Shown: in pieces, positions 43,458 to 58,940 of the stretch
How positions within the stretch are numbered: position 1 is the first letter of the stretch
Layout of the letters: every line of letters begins with the position of its first letter
Assembly (NCBI GenBank): GCA_036867785.1
Contig: CP145411.1
Location: forward strand, 1,426,001 to 1,490,000
From: Plasmodiophora brassicae
Taxonomy: Eukaryota
Length of the DNA stretch: 64,000 nucleotides
Reading direction: 5' to 3'
Notes under the pieces: generated by a model
What the model was told of the DNA's origin: nothing
Databases searched by the model: none
What the model saw: the letters and a program-made list of their open reading frames with translations, nothing else
Translations under genes and position numbers: made by a program

Positions 43458-43651
43458 CATCCATGCAAATTATTCCTCTTATATGAAGGGCTTTCGATTC
43501 ATTGTTTGAACATACTCTGGTGAAATCTGCACATGACTATCGGTAATCCACTTGTCAACAAGTGCGTGCGGGCCAGCCGACAGTCGACTGGACAACCTGT
43601 CTGCCCAGGTGATCATTTGCGATATTCGATGGGATCGGGTAGAGTGCGATA

Positions 43652-46600
43652 ATGGATCCCGCACCGGCATCGTCGTCGGATGCGCCGTCCGACAGCGGTC
43701 GAGAGCCAGCCGCCGATGAGTCGTCGTTCTCGGGCGCGCTCGAGCAGCTCGGCGTGCACGCGTATAACGCGTCGGAACTTGAGGAGAGCGTTCGTGCCCG
43801 AGCGAATGAGATAATCGACCAGAAGCGGATCGCGCATGAAACGAAACGCGCCAGACTACAACTGTCCGCCAAGGTCAAGCTGTTGCGCTCGATTGAAAGC
43901 GATTTGCGGTCGACATCGTTGACGCCTGGCGCGTTATCCGATCTGCGAAAGAAAAGATCTGATGTGAAGCGGGACATCCAGGAAATCGAGGCGGACCTGG
44001 TCGCTCTGGAGAAGTCCGTTTCCAATGACGAGGCTAGACCAGCCGTTGGAAGGCGGACGTCGGACCACCAGGATCCAACCGTCTTGGCAGGGGAAAGCAC
44101 ACCGTTTTCTCATGATCAACAGTGGGAGTCCCGGGTCCGGCGTGTCGCTGTCCAGTGTGAGCCTACATTCCTGAAGAAACGGTCCTCGGAAGAGGTTGTC
44201 GATGATGTTGAGGAGACGGAACGTAAATCGAAGAGGCCTGCTCGTCGGTCGGTCAGGGTGTTCGATGACGCTGACGATTACGCGTACCAGCAGCGCTTGA
44301 GTCGTCTTCGAACAAGGCAGCAGTCTGATGATGACGATGACTTCAACGACGTCGATGTGGCTCCGATTCCGGACGGCGGCGAAGACGACGTCGAATTCGA
44401 AGGCGGACTGATCGTCCCCGGTCGCATTTACGACCGACTCTACAAGTACCAGAGGACCGCAGTGCAGTGGTTATGGGAGCTTCACCAACAGAATGTCGGC
44501 GGAATAATTGGCGACGCTATGGGTTTGGGGAAGACTGTCACCGTAATCGCATTCCTTGCTGGACTGGCACGAAGCGCGCACTTGAACGCCGGTCCCAACC
44601 TGATTCTGTGCCCCGCGAGTATCCTCGGTCAGTGGCTCCGGGAGTTCCGACGGTGGATGCCCACCTGTCGTGTCATGCTCCTCCACGAGTCAGGAAATCA
44701 CGAATGCTCTTCCAAGACGATTATAAGGAAAGCGCTCAAGGGCGGTGCTGGGCACACAGTGATCACCACCTACGAGAGCTTACGAAAGTATCACGAAATC
44801 ATATTACCCGCACAGTGGGGATACGCAATTCTGGATGAAGGTATGCCCGTTTCATATACCATCGCTCATAGCATCCACCAACACCAATCATAGGTCACAG
44901 GATCAGAAACCCTGATGCGACGGTACGTAGCCGTTTGCTGTTGAATTCCGCCTTCTCAGTCGTCTGCGGCAGGTTACTCTCCTTGTTAAACGTCTGAGGA
45001 CTCCACACCGAATAATTCTGTCTGGGTCGCCTATCCAGAATCACCTTCGGGAGCTATGGTCTCTGTTCGACTTCATATTTCCCGGCAAGCTGGGAACGTT
45101 GCCGGTCTTCGAAATCGAGTTCTGCGAGCCGATTGTTCGGGGCGGGTATGTGCATGCCACGCGCGAACAGGTTCAGGTAACGCGCCGCCGCGCTGGAATG
45201 CCGCGATCTTGTCTGACTTGCATGCAGGCGGCGTACCAGTGCGCTGTCATGCTCAGGCAAATCATAACGCCCCACATCCTGCGCCGTCTAAAGTCTGACG
45301 TCCTGCACCATTTGCCCCAAAAGTCGGAACAGATTCTGTTCTGCTCAATGACGGCGGAACAGAAACAGACCTATAAGCAGGTGTTAGCGTCCGATGACGT
45401 CGTGCATGGTGAGGGTGGCTTTTATACATCACACTGTTCTGACGATGACTGGTTGGTTACTGTAGCGGCCCCGGCCGACCAACGAATCTTCCGAGCAATC
45501 TCTCTACTTCGCAAGATTTGCAATCACCCCGATCTGCTGCTTCTGAGTGACGGGAGTCGAAACCTTCCCGACGACTATGGGCATGTTGGACGATCTGGTA
45601 AGCTCAAGGTCACCGAGCAGGTCTTAACGATGTGGAAGACCCAGGGCCATCGCGCCCTTCTGTTCTCCCAGACGCGGCAGTGTCTTGATATCATCGAGGC
45701 GATGGTTCGATCCCGTGGTTACGAGTACAGGCGTGTTGACGGAAGCACGCCAGTGCGGTCGCGCCAGGCAATCTTCGACGAGTTTAACAATTCCGACAAG
45801 GTATTTGTCCTCTTGCTGACGACGAGAGCTGGTGGATTCGGCCTGAATCTTGTCGGGGCGAACCGCGTGCTGGTATACGACCCGGACTGGAATCCGGCAA
45901 CAGATGACCAAGCACAGGAGAGAGCATATCGTATAGGGCAGACGCGTGACGTCACTGTTCTTCGGCTTATAACGCGCGGGACGATCGAGGAGAAGGTCTA
46001 CCATCGCCAGATTTTCAAGCAGCTGCTCACGAACAAGATCCTGGAAGACCCGACTCAGCAGCGGTTCTTCAGCAACTCTGACCTCAAGGACCTGTTCTCG
46101 TTCGTCGACGACGACGTCGGTGATGCTGGGTCCAGTGTGGAGACGGCCAGCATCTTCGGTCAGGTTCAGGATGCCCAAATTCATCGACATGAGCTTCAGG
46201 AGGAACCCATCGGTGACGACGATGCCAGCTCGCAGTTGTTGAAATGCCTCTTCGACAACACCGACCTGTCCAACGTCTTCTCTCACGAGAAACTGATCGG
46301 GTCGTCGACAGCTGGTTCCGGCGCGCAACTCGAGCAACGATCAGCAGCGTTGGCAGCGAAGGCGATCAAGGCCCTGCAATCCAGCCAGGGCCAGCTGTCG
46401 TCCGTCCCTATCGGCGTCCCGACTTGGACTGGGAAGAGCGGAAACGCTGGCGCTCCTGCAATGGCTGCCGCTGCAAAGGTTGACGGGGTCGTCCGTTTGC
46501 TGGGGACATCGAGCTCGGCAGATTCGTCTGCATCCAGCCTCCCACTATCGTCTCAGCAACTGCTGGCCGAGCTTCGCGACAAACAACAAGCCAACGAGGT

Positions 46601-46862
46601 CTCTTCCAAGGCGTCTGACGGCGCTCCCGACGAACGCACCGTTCGACTTCTAGCTGATTTACAGGCGTTCTTAATGCGGTTCGCGAACGGCGTCGAATCA
46701 GACCACCTTATCGGTCACTTCAAGGCCCGAATTAAGGACGCCGTCGACCAGCATGTATTTCGGCACCTGCTCCGGCGGATCGCCACGCTGGAGAGGCGGG
46801 GGGCGACGAAGCGCTGGGTGCTGAAGCCGCAACAGTCACAGCCTGTCGGCCCATCTACGTAA
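43652..46862 (+). CDS. ERCC6: Transcription-coupled repair SNF2 ATPase CSB/Rad26 (multi-exon)
   Basis: LYKYQRTAVQWLWELH, GGIIGDAMGLGKT, ILDEG|HRIRNP, KICNHPDL, RSGKL, DPDWNPATD.QAQERAYRIGQ, GVPTWTG, and C-terminal winged helix (FRHLLRRIA...WVLK). Confidence 0.95.
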
Positions 46863-47049
46863 ATTATTGATGACCTGGTGCTGTTGTTGTGCAGATCGCA
46901 AGGTCGGTGCTGGCTCGGCGCAACCCCTCAACCTCGTCTTTGAACGTGTCGCAGTCAGCGTGGTACAGCAGGTGCCAGAGTCCCCTAGTGGGAACGTCGC
47001 GTCGCCACCGTCCCCCCCTCTTCGCTGTCGATACCAGTACTCGTGCCAC

Positions 47050-50000
47050 ATGCATCCCCAATCGCTCGACAGCGACGCCAACCGGCCACCGTTGCAATCT
47101 TACGCCCCAGTGCACATGGCGCGGCTTGGCCCGGCGGATTTCCAGCCGAGGCAGTTCGGTCAGTCGACGTCCTGGTGCTTGACAGCGACGCCTGTTCACT
47201 GTGCGCCTATAGAATACTGTCCTGCGGCCGGGGCAGACATGCTGGCGATCGGGAGTTGCAACGGCGATCTTGTCGTCGTCGACTGGAACGATAACCGCGT
47301 TATCAACCGGGGCGCCATGTCCGGCGACATGCTCGACGATAAGGCGATCCTGTCGTTGTCGTGGCTGCACGGGTCGTCCCATTCGAACATGTTCTTCGCC
47401 GGGAACAGCATGGGCTCAACGGCGCTGTACAAGGTCGTCGCAGGTGCTGAGCGCCTGGCGCTCTGCCACGACTATGGGACGATTTGCAAGTTCGGTGTAC
47501 CGCTGCGCTTGTTTCCATAGGCCCACTTGCTGACGATAAACGGTCAGGTCGCACGACATGACGTCGATCCATGTGAACGTGTCCGATGAGCTGTTGCTGT
47601 CGAGCGGGCATTCCCATCACGTTCGCGTTGTCGACGTCAAGACCGGCCATGTCGTTCGAAAGTACAAGAGCATCCACGAGGACGCCATCAACGTGTCCCG
47701 ATGGGGGAACGTCTTCGCCAACGTCTTCCTGACGTGCAGTTTCGACCGCAACGTCAAGCTGTGGGATGTTCGGTGCCCGGGGCGGGATCCAATCTACAAA
47801 CTGTCCTCGAAGAACGGCAACGTCATGTGCTGCTTCTCGCCCGATGATCGCCATTTCCTCTGCGTAATCTGGTTGAGGGGCCGCCGAACCTCATGTGGTG
47901 CTGATGACGCTCTGTTTGCAGTCGTCAGTGAACAACGAAGTGAAGCAGTACGAGACGGTGGACGGTCGGTTGAACGTTGAATTTCGATTGCCGCGCCATG
48001 GCGCCAAATCGAAGGCCAGGCAGTCGTACACGAGATCGTACTACGCCGGCATCGATCAGATCGTGACCGGGTCGTCCAGCGAGGGCGTCGTCCGATCAGC
48101 GTGTACGATGACCGGCGAGGTCATCGGCGAACTGTCGCTGGTCAATGGAGCCACCCACCCGTCCATGTAACGGCGCCGTTCCATTGTACTACCCGATTCC
48201 GTTTCTCAGTGGGTCGTGTGTCCCTTAGCCATATTCAGTCGCTGAGGCCGAATCCTCGTGACACGTCCCGGCTCGCGGTCTTGATCTTCCACAGGCACGT
48301 TTCCGGCTACGATATCGTCGACGTCCGCACCGACAAGGACGACTGGGTGTCGGTACGCCGCCTGTCCTCCGATTTGAACACGGCTCGTCTGTCACGGTTC
48401 ACGCCTGGCGACATCGAGCTAGTCGCCAACGACGGCGGCGAACCCGTCCCAGGCCACATCGTTATCCTGCGGAACCGCTGGCCGTGGTTCCAACGCCAGC
48501 ACGCCCAACGGCATGACGTTCTTCCGGTTCCCTGCACGTCGCCGGTGCTCGACCTTGTCCTCGAGTACCTGTACGCCGACATCGTCAACGTCGTCGATCT
48601 GGATGCGGACGCCCTGATCGACTTGTATCGGCAAATCGCCCCTCTCGACCTGAACCGCATGTCCTGCATCGTCCTGGCGAACCTCGCCACGCGGATGACG
48701 CTCGGCAACGTCAGATCTATTGTCACGTTCGCGGACGAAGTCGGTCGGGCCGACCTGCTGCTCGACTGCATCGTGTTCATGCGCCGACACTGGCTCTGGT
48801 TTCGATCCGGTCCCAGCACGCCCATCACCGACCGCATCCGCCAGGAGGTTGGCAAGCACGTCGTGCCGGCTGGCGAGGTCGTCGGCGAGATCAGCACCCG
48901 GATCGGGCATCGTTCCGTCGTCGTCGGGTCGTTGATGTTCCTGATCGGCGGCCTAGCGCCAACGGGCGCCCGCGACCTCGACTACGTCCCGGTCCTCGAC
49001 CTCGCCTCCAACGAGTGGTGGCTGATGCCAACGTCGGGCGACGCGCCCGTTTCGCTGGCGTTCCACACGGCGACGTTAATCGGCGACTCGACCGTGTACT
49101 GCATCGGTGGGTCGCCGTTCTTCGGGTCGACCCGCGATGAGCACCGCCTGGCGCCGTGCTACACGCTCTGCCTGAAGACGCTTCGATGGGACAAGGTCGT
49201 CGCTGCCGGCGAGCACGTGCCGACCAGGCGGTCCAGGCACGCCTGCGTCGCGGTGGGCAACGACCTGTGGCTGTTTGGCGGGAAGCTTGCACACGGGGCG
49301 CCGCTGGACGGCCTGTACCGGCTGGAGCATCTGTCGGCGCGGGCGCCGACCTGGTCGACGGTCTGGCACCACAAGCAGCCGACGGGACGGTCTGGGCACA
49401 CGATGACGTACTGCCCACGACAACGGGCGATCGTCGTCCTCGGTGGGCACATCTCCAACGACCTGATCCCGTTCGACGTTGTCGCCACGTTCGATGTCGT
49501 CGGCCAGGAGTGGCACTCCAAGGTATAGACGGCCGTTGCCGTTCGTCGCGCGCGCGCCTGTGCTGACCCTGGTTCTCTAGGCGGTGCAGGCGGGTGGCGC
49601 CGGGTACCCGATCCCACGACTGGGCCACACGGCAACGCTGTCGGAGGACGGCGACGCGATCATCGTCATTGGCGGGCGCACGTCGCGGAGCCAGGTCGAG
49701 ACCGACGACGACATCGTCCTGTCCGACACCTGGGCGCTCTGCCTGCGCACGTGGCAATGGACGCGGGTGCCGACAACGGGCCAGGTGCCGCACTACGACC
49801 ACTCGGCGTGGTCCACAGGGGACGGGCGCGTCGCCGTCTGCGGCTGGTCGCGAGGGTCGCGATCCGGCGGCGCTCTGCGCTGCCTGACGTTGGCGACGGG
49901 CGCGTGGGCGAACCTGGAATGCAGGCTGAACAGCACCGGGGCGTGCCGCAGCGCGATATCGGTGCCGGCATCGACGCTGACGGACGACCTGACCCGGGCC

Positions 50001-50513
50001 GTCGACGAATGCAACGGCGAACCTGGAACGGATCGCGACGATTGCGTCCGGCTGGTGCTCGGCGACCTCGGGTCGTCGGTGCAGGTCCCCAGGTTCCTGT
50101 GCGACGCCAGGTCGGTGTTCCTGCGGCGAATGTTCGCTGCGGGCATGGCGGAAACGCGGACGCGTTCCGCCCGGCTGCCGGGCGTGTCGACGGTCGACGC
50201 GACCCGTCTGCTGTGGTACATGCAGACCGGCCAGGTGGCGTGCCGGGGCGAACCCGGCAGCGACAGCGACGAGCGGCTGATCAGGATGCTGGTGGCGTCG
50301 CGGTTCCTCGCCGTCGACAGCCTGTCGGAGCACCTGGAACGCCTGATGATCGGGCGCATCAGGCGCCGCAACATGGACGTCCTGCGACGTGTGGCCGACC
50401 AGCACTACCTGGAGCACCTGCGCCGCGCCTGCCTCTGGCGCCTGGCCCTGGTCGAGCGGGCCACCCGGCACCTGCAGGCGAAGAACACGCTGCTCTACCA
50501 TGTCTCGTCATAA
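47050..50513 (+). CDS. DWD/WD40 (DHU1-like) - BTB - Kelch - BTB fusion protein (multi-exon)
   Basis: Spliced QPRQF|EYCP, ILSLSWL, TSIHVN, CSFDRNVKLWDVR, GNVMCCFSPDD, YTRSYY and HIQSLRPNP. The same ORF continues into BTB (GHIVILRNRWPWF, LVLEYLYAD) and Kelch repeats (RIGH, LAFHTA, RSRHA, RSGHT, RLGHTA), then a second BTB (ARSVFLRRMF..GMAET, LLWYMQTG). Start uncertain. Confidence 0.8.
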
Positions 50514-50579
50514 TCCATACACGGAACGAGGAGCCCTGGGCAGGAAGGACAGGGGGGTCGCCGGTCGGCCACGTCAGTC

Positions 50580-51988
50580 ATGCGGGACGCCGCGGAGGAG
50601 CCGCCGACCGCGGCGAGCGCCTGGGACGACCTACTGGAGTCGATCGGCGGTGGCGCCGACGGGTTCGTCGGCGGGTACGCCCCTGTAGCGGTGGTCGGGC
50701 AAAGCGATGACGCGTGCTGTAGGTGCTGGAGCGAGCGGCCGCGTCTGCTGTGCTTCGGGGACGTGGCGGAGCTGCCGCTGCCGTTGCCGACGACGGACGG
50801 GCACCCGATCTCGCCGAGTAGGACCGCGTCCGATGTGCTGCTCGCGAACGTGACTGAGCGCGCGCGCGCGCTAGTTGGCGACTGGGCCGAGATCCGCCTC
50901 GCCGATGCGGTCGTCGTTGACGCGTTCCGGATGGAGCACCTCGGCCTGATGACGATTGTCGGCCCGGTTGTCGATCCCGGTGCCTCCCTGGCGTACGTCA
51001 TCGCTGTGGACCTTCAGTATCCCGCACGATGTCGCACGGTGCTGCAGGCTGCCGTGGACGGCCTTCAGCGGCTTCGCCTTCCTGCCAGCGTCCAACAGGC
51101 GGGCGAGCGCCAAGATTGCGATGCAACACGCGGCAACCCTGTCCTGATCGTCGCGTGCAATGCTGCGCCGTTCCTGGAACGGTTCCCCGAGTACGAGGCT
51201 GAGGCCATGGCGGTACGCTGACGTGCATGCCTGTATACGTTCATTGAGTTCAATCCGGTGCCCAGGGGATGATCCGTCGTCAGGCGTTCCGCCTTGGCGC
51301 GGGTGTCGTATACTGCAAGGATAAAGGCGACCGCGAGACGGTCGTGTACCATGTGGGAGCGTGCCTGGGAAAGGCATCGGATTGCTTACGGTTAGGAGCC
51401 ATCGGGGGCGCATGTGTGTGTGTGTGTCTAGACAGTCCTCATTCGCCCTGCAGGGAGTCGGTTCGTGCGGATTCGTTTACCCACCCGCTGATGGTGTTCC
51501 GGCCTGGTGCCGATTCGGCCGAGCTGATCGCGGCCACGTTGCCCGCTGAACTACCCGACGCTGGCTTCGACCAACTGTTTGGCGGAGACGACCGCAACGG
51601 TCCCGATGGTTTGCATCGACATCATGCTGCAGGCTCTTGCTCGCTGATAGGTTCTCCAGGTTCTGGAGGTCGTCCACCGGTGGTGGTTGCCATGCCACAT
51701 GAAGAACTGGTCGAACGCGTTCGCCAGGCGGTGACTGAACTGGAACTCTCCCAGGCGTCCTCCAACGTGCGAACACCGGCTCGTCGCCGTCGTCATGTAA
51801 GTTTCGCAAACGAACGCCGGTGCATTCGTCTGACAGGGTATGGACGGACGGAAATAGTCGAGCAACACCCTGGAGAGCCCTGCAATCTTCAGCAGCCCGG
51901 GCAGTTCGGCGGCGACGCCCCATTCCCAGAGCGCCGTCAAGTCGTTCTTCGAGTCGCTGCTGTCGCCGAAAGCGACCGCCGGCGCTGA
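50580..51988 (+). CDS. Divergent dynein light intermediate chain-like protein
   Basis: YVIAVDLQYP, NPVLIVACNA, IRRQAFRLGAGVVY and VFRPGADSAELI occur in the order of DLIC motifs. Intron about 51213-51266. Confidence 0.5.
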
Positions 51989-52034
51989 AGAACCCTAATA
52001 GGGCCCGGTTGCCCCTACAATGTACAGGATCGCG

Positions 52035-52954
52035 CTATTTCTTTAGTCGTGCAAAGATGTGGGCGTGCGGGATTCCTGTTGCTCGACTTAGGCGAATTGC
52101 CGACTGGACGGGACCCCCTCGGCGTACCTTTGACGCTCTGCAGATGTGGAGGGTTCACGAACCAGAGCAGATCCGCACCTGCCAAAGCGACGGGCAGGTA
52201 TCGCCGAAGACTCGTTTCGTTGGCGATTGCACCCTGCAGGGCGTCCGTCGAGCCGGCCCACAGAACACAGTGCCTGATATCTGGTGACACAATGCGGTTT
52301 AACGGAGGGAGAGGGGCGTGATTCGAACGCGGTCGAGACACGTACCCGGCGTCACATCGTAAGGGAAGTCGTTGTCCCTGAGACGCAACGAGGTCGCAGC
52401 AGGTGGCCCTGCCGTTAGCAACCCCGAGTCCGGGTCGACCTGAGTGGGCTGATCAAACACGCGGTTGAACAGGTAATCGTTGGGGCTCTTGAAGCGCTGC
52501 CTGCCGAATTCATCTGCACGGGCGCGTGCACCGAACCGACGCAGGCGACGCACCTGACACCCGCCATCGTATTCCTGAACTCGTTCTGGACCTGCGGGTT
52601 CCTGCCTAGGCCGAGCGACCCTTGCCTGCGACGCGTGGCCCTGCCGTCAAACGGGGAGAACCAAACCCGCAAACGTTCGTCTCAATACCCGATCGAGGAC
52701 AGCACAGCGACGAGGTCGCGCAGCTCGTCCCAGGTGATGGGCGCCGCGCCGTCACGGCGGACCGCCCGCCCTACATCGCCCATGGCCTGCCCTCCCGGCC
52801 ACCTGGGCAAGATTCCTCTGCCCAGCAGCCGTCAGCCGCCCCCCTCAAATAATATCCCACTGTCACGCCCGGCGCCTCCGTCGCGCTTCGCGTCACGTGG
52901 CGAAACGACAACGCGCAACGGCGGAATGGGCACGAAACACACCTCGACCATCAT
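52035..52954 (-). CDS. DUF3605 (GIG1-like) family protein, multi-exon
   Basis: ITWDELRDLV, LGR, DYLFNRVF, NDFPYDV.P, RHCVLWA, WFVNPPHLQSV and IPHAHIF. 5' end uncertain. Confidence 0.75.
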
Positions 52955-53022
52955 CGTCTGCTGTGGGCGGGCTGCTGGCGTTTCATGATGACACGATGCA
53001 GTACAGCCAGGGTTTCGTATTA

Positions 53023-53644
53023 TCAGTGGTGGTCCGGTGGGGGGATCCGCTCGACAATGAACAGGTGGCCGTCGTTGTTGGCGACGGCGTCCTGCAGGAA
53101 CGCGAACAGGGCGGGGCGGGATGCGAACGGCGTCGGCTGGGCGAGCATCGAGTCGCAGTTGTAGACGGTGTCGTTGTCGACGACGATGGCGAACCAGTGC
53201 CGGCTCTCCCATAGCGGTACCCGCCATCGTCGTACGTTGACGAGTATGCCGACGAACTGGGCCGTGGCCATGCCTGCTTCGATGATGGGCGCCATTGCTG
53301 TCACAATCGTCAGGCGCGCCGTCGTCGTCTATGGTCGTCGGCGCGTACGTTTCCCGTTGTTGACCCATCTGGCGCTGCAGCGATTGCGCTCCAGGGCCAC
53401 CTGGACCACGTTGACGTCGTAGTCGCCCCTCCCCAGCATCGACCGGTGCGGGTTGAGCACCGTCGACGGGTTCAGCTCCAGGCAGATCGCGTCCAGCGTC
53501 GCCTGCGTCACGACCCGACCCTGCAACTGCGCCCGCCCCCCTGGTCACAATACGGCAACGCCCAGACACGCTGGGCCCCACCAAACTGTTGATGGCGTGC
53601 ACGGCGCACAGCGACTTCGCCTGGCGCTCGTGATGCACCGGCAT
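53023..53644 (-). CDS. Josephin-domain deubiquitinase (JOSD1/2 type), 3 exons
   Basis: HHERQAKSLCAVHAINSL, NPHRSMLGRGDYDVNV, RHWFAI and YNCDSML. The Cys-His-Asp triad is intact. Confidence 0.92.
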
Positions 53645-53769
53645 CCCGACCTTCCAACTGCGCGGCCGAGCTTAAAGGCACGTTAAATCACCACGACGAG
53701 CTGTACGACATAAGCGTCCTCGAACGAATGTAGAATTGCATAGTACATCCAGTTGGGCGATGCGACGAA

Positions 53770-55709
53770 TCAGTAGCTGCGACCGAACATGGTCCAGCTC
53801 TTGGCAGGGTGGGCGCAGGCGAAGCAGACGGATGACGCGGGCAGGTCGGGCTGGGCGAACGGGATGCACAGCGACTTGGCGCTGCCGGTCAGCATCTCGA
53901 AATCGCCCCTATCGGCCAGCGCAGCAGCGCTCTCGTCGTCCTCGTCCACGTTCTCCGCCTCGATACGAGACCGTTCCTTGACCTGGTCTTCGCATTGCTC
54001 CTCCTCACAGAACGGAACGAGAACGCGATTGCCTAGCGGTGTGTAAACGACACATCGCGAAATGCAAGCCAACAGGAGCTGACCTTGGTTGACGAGCACC
54101 ATGAACTCTGCCCATGTCAGGCATGTCTTCAGCCGTGCGTCACAGTCAGCCTTCGCCTTCGCAAACATATCACGCTGGATCGTCTCCAGCATGTCCAAGG
54201 TGCCCTGGACGACGTCGTCTTGGGCAAGCGTGAACTTCACCCCTGTGTCTCGTCGGCAGCCTGTAACCTACACATCATCGTAAGGCCCAGGACGTCACGT
54301 GCCAGCTGTGCACACCTGACCTGGTTCCTCCTGAGGTCCCGGGGGCCAATCTCGATTCGGATAGGGACGCCCTTCAGCTCCCAGTGGTTGTACTTCCATC
54401 CAGGCGTGTACAGCGTGCGTAGGTCGGTCTCACATCGGACGTCAGCCTCGGATAGGGCGCCCGCGTACGCTTCAACGGCATCGTTGATGCGCTGGTTCTC
54501 GTCGGCGTTCGAGAAGTAGATAGGAACGAAAACGACTTGAACGGGAGCGACTCTAGGTGGCATCACCAGGCCTGCTCACACGGTTCAAACGCAATGCAAT
54601 CCTTGAAGAAACGATCACAATACCCTTGTCATCGCCATGGACCATCACCATCACCCCGATCGACCGCGTCGTCAAACCCCACGAGTTCTGCCAGACAAAG
54701 TGCTGCTTGGCCGACGTGCCGTCGTCATGCCTGGTGTCGTCCTGGAACTCGATCTTGAACAATCGGGAGAAGTTCTGCCCCAGGTAGTGAGATGTAGCGC
54801 CTTGGACGCCGCGCCCGTTCGTAGGAACGAACGCCTCCACTGTGGTCGTGTAGACGGCTCCAGCAAACTTCTCGCGCTCCGTCTTCCGTCCCTTGATGAC
54901 CGGGCACGCCAGCAATTCCTCGTAAACGCTGACGCCACTACATGAGTCCAGAGTCTCTGAACGCGCGTGTGAAGTACTTCACAACCACCTGGCGTAAAGG
55001 TCGAGGACCTCCAGGACCTCCTTCTCCGCGCCCTCTTTAGTCGCATGGGCAGTGTGGCCCTCCTGCCACAGGAATTCTCGGGAGCGGATGAAGGGCGTTG
55101 GGTGTTTAAATTCCCATCGGACGACTGTACAGGTCGGGTTGAAACGAATTCTAGACAGATCTCGGGCTACATACCGTTTGACCACTGGTTGAGCTTCAAG
55201 GGAAGATCACGGTGAAACCGGATCCACTTGGCCATCAGCGGGTACATGACAGTTTCAGAGGTTGGGCGGATAGCGATTGGCTTCTCCAGCCTTTTCTGGC
55301 CGACGCGAGTAACCCAAGCGACCTGTGGCGGCACCCGTTAGAGCATATGGTGCCGCCAACATATAGCACATGGATTACTTCGGCAGAGAAGCCTTCGACG
55401 TGGTCCTCTTCCTTGCGTAGAGCATCCGACGACACAAACAAGGGGAAATACGAGTTCTTAACCCCCATCCTCTTGATGCGCGCATTGACGTAGTTCTGGA
55501 TCTCCTCCCAGGTGAGGTACGACCTGAACGTTATACGTCCCTCAGTGCAACGTTCCGTTCCAAAGTAGACGTGCCGCCTACCATGGGCGAAGGATGTAAC
55601 ATCCCAAGACGTCGTAGTAATCGATCATCTCCGACCGCGATACGACCTGGGAGAACCACGGGCCGAATGTACTCGACGTCTTGGGAACGTCTATGCCCGT
55701 TGCGTTCAT
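53770..55709 (-). CDS. Cytosolic prolyl-tRNA synthetase (multi-exon)
   Basis: [96 protein letters not shown] and C-terminal FGRSY. Confidence 0.97.
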
Positions 55710-56037
55710 GGCCAGTTATCGCTCGGGCGGCGGCACTCCGCACCGCAAGCTGGGAATGTGGTTCACTCTGTCCCGCGCGCCCGTCCTTTGGACACACTGG
55801 CGGGGATGCAGGGCCAGAAATAGAACGACAGGACAGTCGACTGCAGACTGCACTTTTGTCCGTGGGACAATTGAACTGTTCGTCGGCGGGTCTCTAGAAA
55901 AGGACAGAGGGTGCACACTGGAAATTGTGAATGCAACAGGAACATGAATTGCTCTGCCCAGTGTCGAAGTGGTACTTTATTGCTAGGTGAATGAGCCCCC
56001 TCCCCGATGATGCAACGTATCGGCGACTGAGCTCCCA

Positions 56038-56343
56038 ATGACGTTGATCGGATTAGAATGGACGCGACCTAAATGGTGGCCGGGGTTGACCCCCTTTGCC
56101 GCCCGTTACGTACTGTCATCATGCACACACGCCGTCGGAACAAGTCGTCTCGACTTATGCCCTCTGCCGACGACGCTCTGGCGATCCATTCCCATGGGCT
56201 TCGTTGTCAAGCTCCCTCGCTCGAATGGCTACGATCCCGTCTTTGTCATCGTCGGCCGTCTATCGACGATGGCGCATTTTATCCCTTGCAATAAAACTAT
56301 TTTCCCGGTGGAGAAACTCGCTCGACAATCGTTTGTGCCGTGA
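56038..56343 (+). mobile_element. Degenerate Ty3/Gypsy LTR-retrotransposon integrase fragment
   Basis: WWPGL...RYV.SC followed by WRSIPMGFVVKLPRSNGYDPVFVIVGRLSTMAHFIPCNKT matches the consensus W..ISMDF...LP.S.G.D.I.VVVDR.TK.AHFIP. The catalytic Asp is changed to Gly. Confidence 0.88.
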
Positions 56344-56555
56344 CATAAAACGCCCTGGGAATCAGGGGAGAACAGTGGAGACGCGACGTCGTTGCCGGAT
56401 GAGGTGCGCGTATCGCCTAGACGGCATGAGTGGGGCCCTGGGATCAGGGGAAGTGGACCCGGACTCGGATGATGGCGTCGCTGGGAGGCTGCCGGCAAAG
56501 GCCGCCAGCGAGAAACTTCCTGGGGAACCCGTCCCGGACTGCGTCGCGGACTTGA

Positions 56556-58940
<2,385 letters not shown>

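Noticed and set aside
46859-46894. Intron-like GT...AG spanning the CSB stop, suggesting a CSB-WD40 read-through fusion
   Set aside because: It is only 36 nt, and splicing it gives a frame that stops within about 15 codons and is out of frame with the WD40 ORF.
48891-50710. 536-aa antisense and 319-aa off-frame ORFs
   Set aside because: Shadows of the GC-rich Kelch/BTB exons.
1063-53644. Window-wide 'ubiquitin gene cluster' (USPs, RING, BTB-Kelch, Josephin)
   Set aside because: Apart from the USP array, these genes are scattered among unrelated housekeeping genes, and ubiquitin-system genes are common in eukaryotes.
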